This document shows, one piece after another, positions 1 to 9,824 of a stretch of 61,143 bases of DNA. The position numbers and the translations under genes were made by a program. Numbering within the stretch: the stretch's first letter is position 1; each line of letters begins with the position of its first letter. The stretch is from Thermoplasmatota archaeon (GTDB lineage: Archaea; Thermoplasmatota; Penumbrarchaeia; Penumbrarchaeales; Penumbrarchaeaceae). The DNA lies in the NCBI GenBank assembly GCA_049472195.1, contig JBLIRG010000003.1, positions 1 through 61,143 of the forward strand, read 5' to 3'. The notes below the pieces were generated by a model. That model saw only the letters and a program-made list of their open reading frames with translations. It had not been told where the DNA came from and searched no databases.

Positions 1-114
1 AAGGGCACCCTCCGACACCGGTGGAGTGTATAACAACACCAATGCCACCAGCACCAAGGCCGCGGTCAGAGAGACTGCCATCAATTTTCTCTTCGTTTCC
101 CCGATGATCTCCAT
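1..114 (-). CDS. N-terminus (signal peptide) of a secreted or membrane protein, running off the window edge
   Basis: ATG at 114 with GAGGTG RBS at 121-126; translates MEIIGETKRKLMAVSLTAALVLVALVLLYTPPVSEGAL, a basic plus hydrophobic signal peptide; absent from the ORF track. Confidence 0.8.
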   Translation of the reverse strand, partial: MEIIGETKRKLMAVSLTAALVLVALVLLYTPPVSEGAL

Positions 115-158
115 TTGATACACCTCTTTTCCCAAATTATTTGATCGATAAATCTAAC

Positions 159-3100
159 TCACTGTGCCGGCGGATTGTAACCTCCGTAAGACGCATCCAC
201 GGGTTGAGCCTCCATTGGAGCGGGCGCAGGTGACGGTTGTTCTGCCGGTGCCGGTTCTCCAACCGGAGCAGCTGTCATGGGCTGTGCCGGAGGCTGCTCT
301 TCCGCAGCTCCCTCCGCTGGCGGGAGGGTCTGTGAATAGGCCGGTACACCCGTGGGCAGGGCCACGACCTTCCCCTCGGAAGCCGCCTTCAAGGCCTGGA
401 GTTTCTGAAGTCCGCCGCCGTCAAGGGACTTCTGGATCAGGACTTCCTGCTCCTTCGCCTCCTTCTCGGCGTTGCTTGCTATCCTGGCCTTCACGATCAT
501 GTAATTCGCCAGCATGAAGATTATGGCAAATATTACAATGATTATGGCCACCAGGACAAGAGCGAAAATAATCCAATCTATACCGCTTTCATCCCTTTCG
601 GTTCCGGTTCCGACATCGACAGGGAAGTCCAGTATGTTGGTCGGGTTCGTACCCTTTTGATATTCCTGCAGGTCGGTGAAACCGTCGCCATCGAAATCAT
701 TGGCCCCGGTTGGATCCAGTTCCAATCCTCCGTTATCCTCGCTGCCTTCATCCCACGGCAGATGGTAAATGTACTCCCATAGATTGTCCATTCCATCCCC
801 ATCGGAATCGAGATCGGAATACATCCATATGGGGACTTCCCGGGCGATTACGGTAACGTTTACCATGTGCGATACCACTTCATGGATTCCGTCGTTGAGC
901 ACCAATATGATGGAATGGGTTCCGGGTTCAAGGACCGCGTGGAACCTGAGAGGATCGTCCTCGTCCTCTCCGAGGATGATCTCCTGTGTTCCCTCTTCAT
1001 TGGTCCATGTGTCCTTCCAGGTATATTCGAGCACGTCTCCGTCGTAATCGAAACTGCCGGTCCCATCGAAAACGAACACCTCTCCCTCGAGGACCTCCAT
1101 GCCGTCCTCCGGAGATTCTATCATGGAGACAGGCATCGTATTGACCCAGACGTTGAATGCGGGAGAATAGGAAAACGCGTTTCCAACCATGTCCCTTCCC
1201 CTGAACTGGATGAAATTATGATCTCCCATCTCGAACATCACATCATCCAGTGTTACCATGCCGCCGGAGAAAGAACCTTCGTACGGCTCCCAGAGAGTGG
1301 TGTCAAGATCGTTCCTGCTTCTTACGGTATACCTGTACTCGATCGTTGATGTGTCAACTCCCGAATAGAGATCGGTCAGTTCGATGGAAACCTCCACATC
1401 ACCGCTCTCGATCCAGCTGTTCTCCCATGCTGTATCGCCGTCTATCAGAAGATCGCCGAATTCGATGGAGGAGGTGTCGACCATTATCTGATATGCCTCG
1501 CTCTCCTTGACGTTCCCGGCCTCGTCTGATGCCCTGAACATTATGTAATTGGTATCGCCCTCCATCAGATTCGGCTTGATCCTGATATCCAGTACTTTTG
1601 CCTCCAGGACCTGTTCCGCATCGATCCAGTCCGTATAAGTTACTCCTCCGTCATATGATAGAGAATACTCGACAGATGATCCGATTATCGCCCTGCCTCC
1701 GTAGTCATCGATGGTGATGTAAACATCGGGCATCATGGTGTTCAGCCAGACATCCGATGAAGGTCTGAAATTGGTAAAATTGAGCATTTTATCATCTATC
1801 ATAATGCTTCCCATACCCCAGGGTCCTATGTGGCCAACGTTGTCAATCGCCCTGACCTCAACGAACACATTGTTAACATCTGTGACATCTATCTTGGTAT
1901 AGGTTTCCTCGACATTGAATATGGTCTGATCATCGCCGTTTATCTTCACCTCGTAGTGATCCAAGCCGGAACTATATTCACCGGCCGGACCCCATGTGAC
2001 ATAGAGTTCTCCATCATTGTCAACTATGGTCTGAGGATCGGTGAAACCGTCGGCATGTATGCTAATACCGACCGGTTTCGTCGGTGTATCGATATCCACG
2101 TTCACATAGAACTGAGGTACTCCTGTCAGGATCTTATCGTACGGTATTCCCTCCGCATATGTGTCGAATGTAACCAGCATCGGTTTGTCTCTTGCCGGGA
2201 TCACGATATCGAACTCGGTCCCCGAGGATTCCATATCCGTTGCCTCGTCGCCCAGATTGGATTTGGTCTCTATGTGGAACAGTTCATTTGACGGATAGAA
2301 AGGCTCCTCCTCGAAATCGGTCATGAAGTCCTCCGTCCCGTTGTAAACGAGCTTCATACCAGTTAGCTCGACCACAGTGTTCTCCGGAACCCACGATCCC
2401 GGGGGAAGAGGATCTCCCCTGCCCCTGGTTTCGTCATACGTGTACGATTCCAGTTCACCGACGAACATGAAGGTATTCCTCAATTTGCCCATGTATGCTT
2501 CATCGGAAAAATATAGATGGGCCATTGTGGCAAAGACATGTAGATTCAGTTCACATTCGTAATTGAGATTCAAAGTGAAAGTCAGATTAAACTTGAGCTC
2601 AACCTGGCTGTTGATTTCGTCGACGATGAACTGGTAATTATCTATATCCACCCTTATAAGGTCAGTGGGATCATGTGTTTCCATCAATCCGTCGTCGGCA
2701 TTCCACATGATCTGCACCTCCTCCATCCCGATCTCCATTTCGATGCCTATAGAATCGGCTGTAGGTGCCCAGTTGTTCCATACGACAACGGAGAACTCGT
2801 ATGGCTTGTATTCAGCATAGAAAGTCTTGCCATCAGGAAGATCTCCCACAGGAGGAGTGAAGTCTCCCAGTCCAGCCATGTCCATGGGAGATACCCCGTA
2901 AATGCAGCCGGCGTAAGAACCCGCTCCGGATACCGTCTTCTGCGGATCGGATATGAAAATGTCCTCGTATCCGTCGCCGTTTCGGTCCCAGAAGATGAGG
3001 GTCTTGTAATGCGGGTAGGAGTAATAATAATAATAGTAACCGGTGTATGCAAAATATCTGGATCCTGACGGCTGATGAACCGTGAAGTTCGCCTTGCTCT

Positions 3101-4391
3101 CGGCATTTATGCTTCCGGTGGTTCCGTTGATGATGTAATTGTCCAGGATGAATACCTTCCCGGAATGGCCGCCTGCGGCCATGTCGGTCTTGCCGTCGTT
3201 GTTGAAATCCCCGAAGGCCATTGAACCGAATTCGGACAATGAGTTGGATGTGAGAACACGATCATATGATGAGGTGGAGGTTAAATATATGTAATCGGTA
3301 TCGAGGCTGGACGAGCCGTCAATTACGTAGATCTTCTGTGTTGGTGAAGAGGCGATGAAAAGGTCCTCATATCCGTCACCGTTGATGTCCTCTATATCGA
3401 CGTTATAGCTGAAGTATTTGGAATTTGAATCTATGTATGTAGCCCAGTCGCAGGTGGAATAAGATGATCCCACATAGAGATAACCTGACGGTCTGCCGGT
3501 TCCCTTGGATATCATGACATTCACTCTTCCACCGGAATAATATGGCGAACCGAACACGATTTCATCCTTCCCGTCACCGTTCATGTCGCCCGTTTCGATG
3601 CCGCCGGTGGCCATGTAATAATAACCTCTGATCCGAGCATCCGCGGATGAGTATGATTTGTACCCGCTGAACGAGGATGATCCGTACCAGATATAGACCC
3701 CTGAATAAGAGGTGCTGCCTCCTCCGGACATCGTCAGGATGTCGTCATACCCGTCGCCGTCAATGTCGCCTACACCCACGGTTTTCGAAGCATAGTAATA
3801 AGTGTAAATATAAGCGCCATAATCGTACATGCTTATCGAGGTCTGAGAATCCCTCGATGGTCCTCCGTAATAAAGATAATCATAACCGCTATAGCCTGCT
3901 CTTGAGGCTACCAGATCGTCGTATCCATCGCCGTTGATATCTCCCGTGGCGAGATCGGATCCGAAATAGCTGGAACCGGATATGATCCACCTTGCGGTGG
4001 CGTCAGTCTCATATAGACTGGGATATTCAAGCTGGGTCTTCCCGTCGTAAATGCAGACCTGATATCTCCTCGGCTGGCCGACAGCAAGGTCATCGTATCC
4101 GTCGCCGTTGAAATCCAGCTTGATCATTACATTCCCGAAATATCCGCTTGATGTCTTGCCCTCGATAAGATACTCGGGAGGAGAACTCTGAAGATACATG
4201 TCTCCGGTCCTCACGCTGGGTCCGATAGTCATTTCATCAGCATCAGGTTCCGGAATGCTCTCCTCGGGAGCCGCCGAAACACCGCTGAGATCAAACATTA
4301 CCAGCAGCCCGCCCAAACTCATCAGGAGAGCCACCATCACAACCAACACTTTATCTCTTGTTCCAACTTGGAAAGAGGTCAAAATACCCAT
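159..4391 (-). CDS. Large surface protein: FG-GAP (integrin-alpha-like) beta-propeller, Ig/FN3/PKD-like stalk, thrombospondin type-3-like Ca repeats, single TM, Pro/Ala/Gln-rich tail
   Basis: Repeated DxNGDGxxD/FG motifs (DFNGDGYDDLAVG, GDINGDGYDD, GDMNGDGKDE, GDFNNDGKTD, DRNGDGYEDIFISDP); PKD-like FDGTGSFDYDGD; DSDGDGMDNLWE; TM IDWIIFALVLVAIIIVIFAIIF; start moved to ATG 4391, 6 nt after GAGGTG. Confidence 0.85.
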   Translation of the reverse strand: MGILTSFQVGTRDKVLVVMVALLMSLGGLLVMFDLSGVSAAPEESIPEPDADEMTIGPSVRTGDMYLQSSPPEYLIEGKTSSGYFGNVMIKLDFNGDGYDDLAVGQPRRYQVCIYDGKTQLEYPSLYETDATARWIISGSSYFGSDLATGDINGDGYDDLVASRAGYSGYDYLYYGGPSRDSQTSISMYDYGAYIYTYYYASKTVGVGDIDGDGYDDILTMSGGGSTSYSGVYIWYGSSSFSGYKSYSSADARIRGYYYMATGGIETGDMNGDGKDEIVFGSPYYSGGRVNVMISKGTGRPSGYLYVGSSYSTCDWATYIDSNSKYFSYNVDIEDINGDGYEDLFIASSPTQKIYVIDGSSSLDTDYIYLTSTSSYDRVLTSNSLSEFGSMAFGDFNNDGKTDMAAGGHSGKVFILDNYIINGTTGSINAESKANFTVHQPSGSRYFAYTGYYYYYYSYPHYKTLIFWDRNGDGYEDIFISDPQKTVSGAGSYAGCIYGVSPMDMAGLGDFTPPVGDLPDGKTFYAEYKPYEFSVVVWNNWAPTADSIGIEMEIGMEEVQIMWNADDGLMETHDPTDLIRVDIDNYQFIVDEINSQVELKFNLTFTLNLNYECELNLHVFATMAHLYFSDEAYMGKLRNTFMFVGELESYTYDETRGRGDPLPPGSWVPENTVVELTGMKLVYNGTEDFMTDFEEEPFYPSNELFHIETKSNLGDEATDMESSGTEFDIVIPARDKPMLVTFDTYAEGIPYDKILTGVPQFYVNVDIDTPTKPVGISIHADGFTDPQTIVDNDGELYVTWGPAGEYSSGLDHYEVKINGDDQTIFNVEETYTKIDVTDVNNVFVEVRAIDNVGHIGPWGMGSIMIDDKMLNFTNFRPSSDVWLNTMMPDVYITIDDYGGRAIIGSSVEYSLSYDGGVTYTDWIDAEQVLEAKVLDIRIKPNLMEGDTNYIMFRASDEAGNVKESEAYQIMVDTSSIEFGDLLIDGDTAWENSWIESGDVEVSIELTDLYSGVDTSTIEYRYTVRSRNDLDTTLWEPYEGSFSGGMVTLDDVMFEMGDHNFIQFRGRDMVGNAFSYSPAFNVWVNTMPVSMIESPEDGMEVLEGEVFVFDGTGSFDYDGDVLEYTWKDTWTNEEGTQEIILGEDEDDPLRFHAVLEPGTHSIILVLNDGIHEVVSHMVNVTVIAREVPIWMYSDLDSDGDGMDNLWEYIYHLPWDEGSEDNGGLELDPTGANDFDGDGFTDLQEYQKGTNPTNILDFPVDVGTGTERDESGIDWIIFALVLVAIIIVIFAIIFMLANYMIVKARIASNAEKEAKEQEVLIQKSLDGGGLQKLQALKAASEGKVVALPTGVPAYSQTLPPAEGAAEEQPPAQPMTAAPVGEPAPAEQPSPAPAPMEAQPVDASYGGYNPPAQ

Positions 4392-4625
4392 TATGTTCAC
4401 CTCTATTAGGAGTCTGAAAAAGGTCCTGTTACCCTGTAATTGAAGTTACTTCCTTCTATATATAATTTTATTAATACGACGTTTTTCCATTTCTTAAGTT
4501 TATTGGAGGCCAGGAATCCCGAAGGGGGGCAAAAAAACCGCATCTTTTTCCCGGATCGCGCACTTTCGAAAGGTACTAATCGGGATGAAATATCGGATTC
4601 GATCATATCGCAAACCCGATGAATC

Positions 4626-4997
4626 TCAGTCGATTTCCGAAATGTCATCTATCATCATCAGCGGGTAGTTCAGCTCTTCGATCCACCTAAGAGAGGCCGA
4701 AACCCGGTATCCGCCGAACTCGACCTTCACGGTGGCTTTAAGAAGTCGTTCGTTAAGGGAGCAGTAACCGTAGTCCGATAGGAATTCCTCCAATAGATCG
4801 GGATCTATCCTCACATCGGCCTCCTTGACATAAGGCTGCGTGAGCATACCCATTCTCATGGCATCCTGAAGGTAAGAGAGGTTGCTCTTGTTGACGGGGG
4901 ATCCGATGAACTGATGGTAGAGTGATGCCAGTTTGATCCCCGCTTCGAAGACGGCTCTGTCCCTGTCACCGCAGTTGAAATAGTCCATGCTCTTCAT
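4626..4997 (-). CDS. mptD: Archaeal dihydroneopterin aldolase (MptD family)
   Basis: DRDRAVFEAGIKLASLYHQFIGSPV, QPYV and C-terminal LNYPLM motifs; ATGA overlap with pssA stop and GGAGG RBS. Confidence 0.85.
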   Translation of the reverse strand: MKSMDYFNCGDRDRAVFEAGIKLASLYHQFIGSPVNKSNLSYLQDAMRMGMLTQPYVKEADVRIDPDLLEEFLSDYGYCSLNERLLKATVKVEFGGYRVSASLRWIEELNYPLMMIDDISEID

Positions 4998-5998
4998 TTT
5001 CTGACCTCCATATCGTCGCGGCATTCTGTAAAATCATCCTCTTCAAGTCCCTCCTCAACCACCTCGATTTCAAGAAGTTCCTCCTCGCTGAACCTCCTTG
5101 AAGCTCCCCAAACCCCCTCCGACCTGTCGGCCAGGGGAGATATGAGGTAGAACGCCGCCGCAGCCATGAAAAAAAGCGATCCTCCAAGGCCCACTTCCGC
5201 CCAGTGAACACCGATGATCAGGGTAGCTCCCATGACGAGCACCGCGGAGCCTGCCACCAGGGTCGGCAGGCCCTTGATCTTCTTGTATTTGACGTCGAAG
5301 ACCATGGTAAATGAGAGGATCAGGAGAACAGTGGGGATAACGAATGCCGTGCCCGAGGTGACATACTCGATCTCGTATTCCATGGAAGTCAGCCAGAAAT
5401 GCAGTGAAGTGAAGGAGATCACGATCATCGCCATCGCCGGTGTGGGAAGACCCACGAAATCCTTCCATCTGAAGCCGGTCAGGGAGAACCTTGCCAACCT
5501 CAGGATCCCGAGGATTATCACGGAAAGAGATGCGACGATGGTTACAAAGTTCTGGACCGATTCGAAGGCGGTATCACCCTGGATGTAGAACATATTGTAG
5601 ATCAGAAATGCCGGAGCGATGCAGAAGGTCATGGAATCAGCGATGGAATCCAGCCATTTACCGAACCTGTGCGAGGAACCCCACCTTCTCGCCGCCGGCC
5701 CGTCCAGTCCGTCAAGAATGATACCCAGGAGTATCAGAAGCATCGCGATCCTGAACCCGTCGCCCTTATCGATGGAATACATGATCGCCATTATTCCGCA
5801 GAGGAAATTTCCCAGGGTGATCATATCGGCCAGGGAGATCATGTGGATCAGCGGGATCGGTATCTTCCTTCTCCTGATCAATGTCTTCCTGCTGATCCTC
5901 AGCTTCCTCTTCCCACCGCCTTTCTTTCTCACCGGGATACGGGGCTGCCACCTTCGAGCCCCGTTAACCCTGGACAGGACCTTCTTGATCGGGGTCAC
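4994..5998 (-). CDS. pssA: Archaetidylserine synthase (CDP-alcohol phosphatidyltransferase)
   Basis: DGLDGPAARR...GKWLDSIAD CDP-alcohol motif, LRLARF, FVGLPTP; GTGA overlap with the decarboxylase gene. Confidence 0.88.
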   Translation of the reverse strand: MTPIKKVLSRVNGARRWQPRIPVRKKGGGKRKLRISRKTLIRRRKIPIPLIHMISLADMITLGNFLCGIMAIMYSIDKGDGFRIAMLLILLGIILDGLDGPAARRWGSSHRFGKWLDSIADSMTFCIAPAFLIYNMFYIQGDTAFESVQNFVTIVASLSVIILGILRLARFSLTGFRWKDFVGLPTPAMAMIVISFTSLHFWLTSMEYEIEYVTSGTAFVIPTVLLILSFTMVFDVKYKKIKGLPTLVAGSAVLVMGATLIIGVHWAEVGLGGSLFFMAAAAFYLISPLADRSEGVWGASRRFSEEELLEIEVVEEGLEEDDFTECRDDMEVRK

Positions 5999-6627
5999 TC
6001 TTTTCTCCCCCCGTCCAAATATGCAAACTGGCTTTCCCCGGCTTTCACGCGGTCCTCGGGCTCGACGAGGATCGAATAACCCGGAGGAGGTTTGAACCTC
6101 AGATCAACCCTTGAACCGTATCTGATCAGCCCCATTCGATCACCTTTCCTGACCTCGTCTCCCTCCTCCAGATAGATGACTATTCTTCTTGCGACAGCCC
6201 CGGCGATCTGGGTGATCTCGTAGATTCCATGTCTGGTCTTGATCCTTGTTACAACCCTTTCGTTCCTATCGGAGTCCTTCTTGAAGGCAGGTACAAATCC
6301 CCCCGGAATATGCTCAATGGAAACGACCCTGCCGTCGAAGGGGATCCTGTTCACGTGAACGTTATGGATGTTCATGAACACCGATATGAAATAAGACCTC
6401 CCTTCCTTTCTGACCTCCTTGACAACCCCGTCGGCGGGTGATACGACCCCCTTTGCGATATTTCGTTCGGGATCCCTGAAAAACGAGATCAGCAGAAAGT
6501 AGAGTCCGAAGAGAATTCCGGCGGGTATCAGGAGCAGTGGTAAATCAAGCGTCCAGAAAAGTACTACCAGTATGAAAGAAACAATGGGAATGGCTATCAG
6601 ATAGATCGGTGTCCCCTTCGCCAGCAA
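5995..6627 (-). CDS. asd: Archaetidylserine/phosphatidylserine decarboxylase proenzyme
   Basis: FFRDPER, SPADG, VFMNIHNVHVNRIP, YGSRVD self-cleavage motif. Confidence 0.92.
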   Translation of the reverse strand: MLAKGTPIYLIAIPIVSFILVVLFWTLDLPLLLIPAGILFGLYFLLISFFRDPERNIAKGVVSPADGVVKEVRKEGRSYFISVFMNIHNVHVNRIPFDGRVVSIEHIPGGFVPAFKKDSDRNERVVTRIKTRHGIYEITQIAGAVARRIVIYLEEGDEVRKGDRMGLIRYGSRVDLRFKPPPGYSILVEPEDRVKAGESQFAYLDGGRKE

Positions 6628-6712
6628 ATAAATACACCTTTCCCCGGCAGTTTGGGCTAATCAATCCCACCGTTTTTAAACTATCCCCCGGGGTGATACG
6701 ATGAGTAAACCG

Positions 6713-9700
6713 TCAGTCCTCCAACAACCTCGCGGGTACCTCTTCATCCGGCATTCCCCGGCCCTTTCTGCCGACCGTTACGAATATGATTACGAAGAAA
6801 GCAATCAGAACCACCGCTCCGATTGCGAGGCCGGTGATCACGAAAGGATCCATGTAGGACCCCGTCTCGTCCACGGACGTGATCTTATCCTGATCTGATC
6901 GGTCCTCCTGTTCGACCCTGAAGGTTATCTCCCTGTAGGCGGAAAAGCTCTCTCCGTCGGTGGCCCTTGCTATCAGAACATGATCCGCATCCGGGGACAG
7001 CTCCTCCGTATTCAGGATATACTCCCATTCCGGCAGTGGTCCGACCTCCTCCCATTCACCACCGTCCACCTTGACCTCGACCTCTACCACACGGTCCTCC
7101 GGCCCCGCCCTCCCGTATATCGTGACCCGGCCAAACGGCAGGACATCCGTCCCCGTGGGATATATCTCGACCCACAGATCCTCGACCTCCGCCTCCCTCA
7201 CCTCGATTTCAACCATGTCCGGATCGCTCCAGGAGCCCGAGGTGTCCTGAACGGTAAATGAAATGACATGCCTCCCGACAACGAGATCATCCAGATTGAA
7301 GGTCTGGCGCGTGGAAAGCCGGCCCTCGAGATCGGATTCCCAGAGATAGGACCTGATCTTCTCCCCGTAGGTGGGATAGCCGGTGCCCGAGAAAACCACA
7401 TCATCGCCGTAATCGGATATCTCCGGGGTCACTCTGTCGATGACGGCTACCGGGATGGCTTCCGGATCCTTTTCTATAGTGATCCGGTGAACTCCATCCT
7501 CGAGACTTTCAAGACCAGCGCCGTCCCTGACGCTCAGGTATATCGAATACGTCCCGGGAATCTCATATTCATGGGTGATATTGGCCCTTCGGGACCAATC
7601 CAGGATAGTCCCGTCCCCAAGATCAAACCGGTATTCCAGGGGTGTCCCCTCGGGATCATATGACCCCCTGCCGGATATCTCTACCTCGGCTCCCGCATAG
7701 GCGGAATCCGGACATGATATCCTTGATACCGGAGGCTGATCCACGTAGGGTATGATCTCTACCTGGCACTGGGTGCTTCGACCGGTGCGGGGGTATGACC
7801 ACTGGAGGCAGAGCCTAATGAACTTGCCGTAAAACGATTCCTTGTCATCCGTCAGTATTCGGTACGAGAACTCATGCGATCCCTCCGGTTCGATGATATT
7901 CACCTGGATGATCTCAACGGGCTCTTCCGATCCGGGATGAGATATCATGATGGACCTGTCCTTCAACGGGTAGTGTGATGGGTTCTCAAGCAGGCAGTTC
8001 ACGGTGAATCCCTCATCGTCCTCATCGAGGCTTCCTATCGATAACACAGCCTCCACCTCCTCGGCGGGTTCAAAGATCCTAACGATCCCGCCCGGAGTGA
8101 TGTCATGATAGGCCACCTCCCTGCCCATCGGCCACTGGATCTTCAGATTGATATCCCCGTAACTGTCGCCGAGGCCGAAATGCATTACCGGTGAATCCTG
8201 CTGCCCGTGGGCTCCGGAACCTGCCTGTACCTCCCTCATCAGTGTTCTGTCATCTTCACCGTCCCCGTCGGAATCGATCCCGAGATATGCACGGGCCCCT
8301 ACGGCTCCCGTGTTCGATTCCCGCCCTTCGAGGACGATCTCGAGCCATCCCCTGTCCGGATTCGTCAAATGCCCGTCGTTTCGGTATAGGTGAACTGAAT
8401 AGTCAACGGTTTGTCCGGAATCACCATCCCAATTTCCCCCGCCCGTTACGAGGTCCACCCACCCGTCCTCGTTGTAATCGCACCAGGCGGATCCGTATGT
8501 GTTCCAGATCCTCACACCGGCCGTGGATGTGACGTCGGTGAACCGAAAGTCCCCGTCGTTCCTGTATAGATACGAATAAGCATAGGATACGTCGCCGTAG
8601 ATCTGCGGCAGAAAGATATCCAGATCACCGTCATTATCGTAATCCGCCATGGCGCATGACACCATAAGCTCATCTCCCCCGCCCACGGATCCGGGGATCG
8701 ACTTCACGGGTATTCCGGATCCTTCCCTCACGTCGATGAATCTGAACCCCTCATCCTCCCCCATATTTCGGAAGAGGTACGAATCATCGCATATGGGGCC
8801 TCTCCACGGATCTTTGTGTGCGAGGTTGGTCACCCAGAGATCGAGATCGCCGTCGTTGTCAAGATCCCCCCACACCGATCCCAGGGAATGGCCGTAATAA
8901 GGGCCTTCCCGGGTCACGGGATGATTGTTTCCATGCCCCTCGACGCCAGCAATCTGCGCTACCTCGGTCATCATCGATCCCATCTCGTTCCTGTAGAGAT
9001 AATTCCTGGTGATCCTGTAGTTGGAAACGTAGAGGTCCTGCCATCCGTCGTTGTTGAAATCCCCCCAGCTCACACCCCTGCCCTGATAAGGATGATCGGA
9101 TTCGTCCATCCCCGATTCCACCGTCCTGTTGGAAAAGGTCCCGTCCCCGTCGTTCATCCAGAAGAAATCCTCGTAACCCTGATACGTTCCGTTCTCGTAG
9201 TTTACCATATACAGATCCAGGTATCCGTCCCTGTTCATATCGCCCCACCCTGCGGAGACGGTCGGATACGTGTCCGTGATCCCTCCCGCGGTTCCGGTCA
9301 CATCCTCGAACGTACCGTCACCCCGGTTGTGCCAGAGAATATCGGGATATTCGGGATGATCGTTGGAACTCCTTCCCCCACCGCAGAAGATATCCATCCA
9401 TCCGTCGTTGTCGAAATCACCGAATACCCCCGAGTTCGCCGATGAGGATATTCCGGCCTCTTCGGTTGCCTCAGTGAAATGATAGGCGGGGGGTCCGCTG
9501 TTCCTGAAAAGCCTCTTGCCGTCAACAAGGAGATCCTGATGACCGTCGTTGTCGAAATCACCCCAGCTGAAGAAATTCCCCCGCAGATCCGAGAGACCCG
9601 CCTCCTTCGAGACATTGGTGAACGAGACCTCTCCGTTCCTGGCGGGCAGTTCATCGGTTCCGCTTGCCTGGCCGTTATAATTTCCCTCATGGACGAATGA

Positions 9701-9772
9701 AACCGACATCAGGAAAATCGCCGCCGTGATCAGGATCGTTGAAATGGAACCGTGATTCCCCGGGATCCTCAT
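6713..9772 (-). CDS. CRTAC1/ASPIC-UnbV family FG-GAP repeat surface protein with PKD/Ig domains and C-terminal TM
   Basis: Multiple WGDFDNDGxxD and NxGDGxF repeats; ASPIC-like SNTGAVGAR...VMHFGLG...IQWP; PKD SGRGSYDPEG; start moved to ATG 9772 before the signal peptide. Confidence 0.85.
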   Translation of the reverse strand: MRIPGNHGSISTILITAAIFLMSVSFVHEGNYNGQASGTDELPARNGEVSFTNVSKEAGLSDLRGNFFSWGDFDNDGHQDLLVDGKRLFRNSGPPAYHFTEATEEAGISSSANSGVFGDFDNDGWMDIFCGGGRSSNDHPEYPDILWHNRGDGTFEDVTGTAGGITDTYPTVSAGWGDMNRDGYLDLYMVNYENGTYQGYEDFFWMNDGDGTFSNRTVESGMDESDHPYQGRGVSWGDFNNDGWQDLYVSNYRITRNYLYRNEMGSMMTEVAQIAGVEGHGNNHPVTREGPYYGHSLGSVWGDLDNDGDLDLWVTNLAHKDPWRGPICDDSYLFRNMGEDEGFRFIDVREGSGIPVKSIPGSVGGGDELMVSCAMADYDNDGDLDIFLPQIYGDVSYAYSYLYRNDGDFRFTDVTSTAGVRIWNTYGSAWCDYNEDGWVDLVTGGGNWDGDSGQTVDYSVHLYRNDGHLTNPDRGWLEIVLEGRESNTGAVGARAYLGIDSDGDGEDDRTLMREVQAGSGAHGQQDSPVMHFGLGDSYGDINLKIQWPMGREVAYHDITPGGIVRIFEPAEEVEAVLSIGSLDEDDEGFTVNCLLENPSHYPLKDRSIMISHPGSEEPVEIIQVNIIEPEGSHEFSYRILTDDKESFYGKFIRLCLQWSYPRTGRSTQCQVEIIPYVDQPPVSRISCPDSAYAGAEVEISGRGSYDPEGTPLEYRFDLGDGTILDWSRRANITHEYEIPGTYSIYLSVRDGAGLESLEDGVHRITIEKDPEAIPVAVIDRVTPEISDYGDDVVFSGTGYPTYGEKIRSYLWESDLEGRLSTRQTFNLDDLVVGRHVISFTVQDTSGSWSDPDMVEIEVREAEVEDLWVEIYPTGTDVLPFGRVTIYGRAGPEDRVVEVEVKVDGGEWEEVGPLPEWEYILNTEELSPDADHVLIARATDGESFSAYREITFRVEQEDRSDQDKITSVDETGSYMDPFVITGLAIGAVVLIAFFVIIFVTVGRKGRGMPDEEVPARLLED

Positions 9773-9824
9773 ACCCGATAAATGGCCGGGATGTCTTAAT
9801 AAATTTGCCAAGGATCGGACCGGA

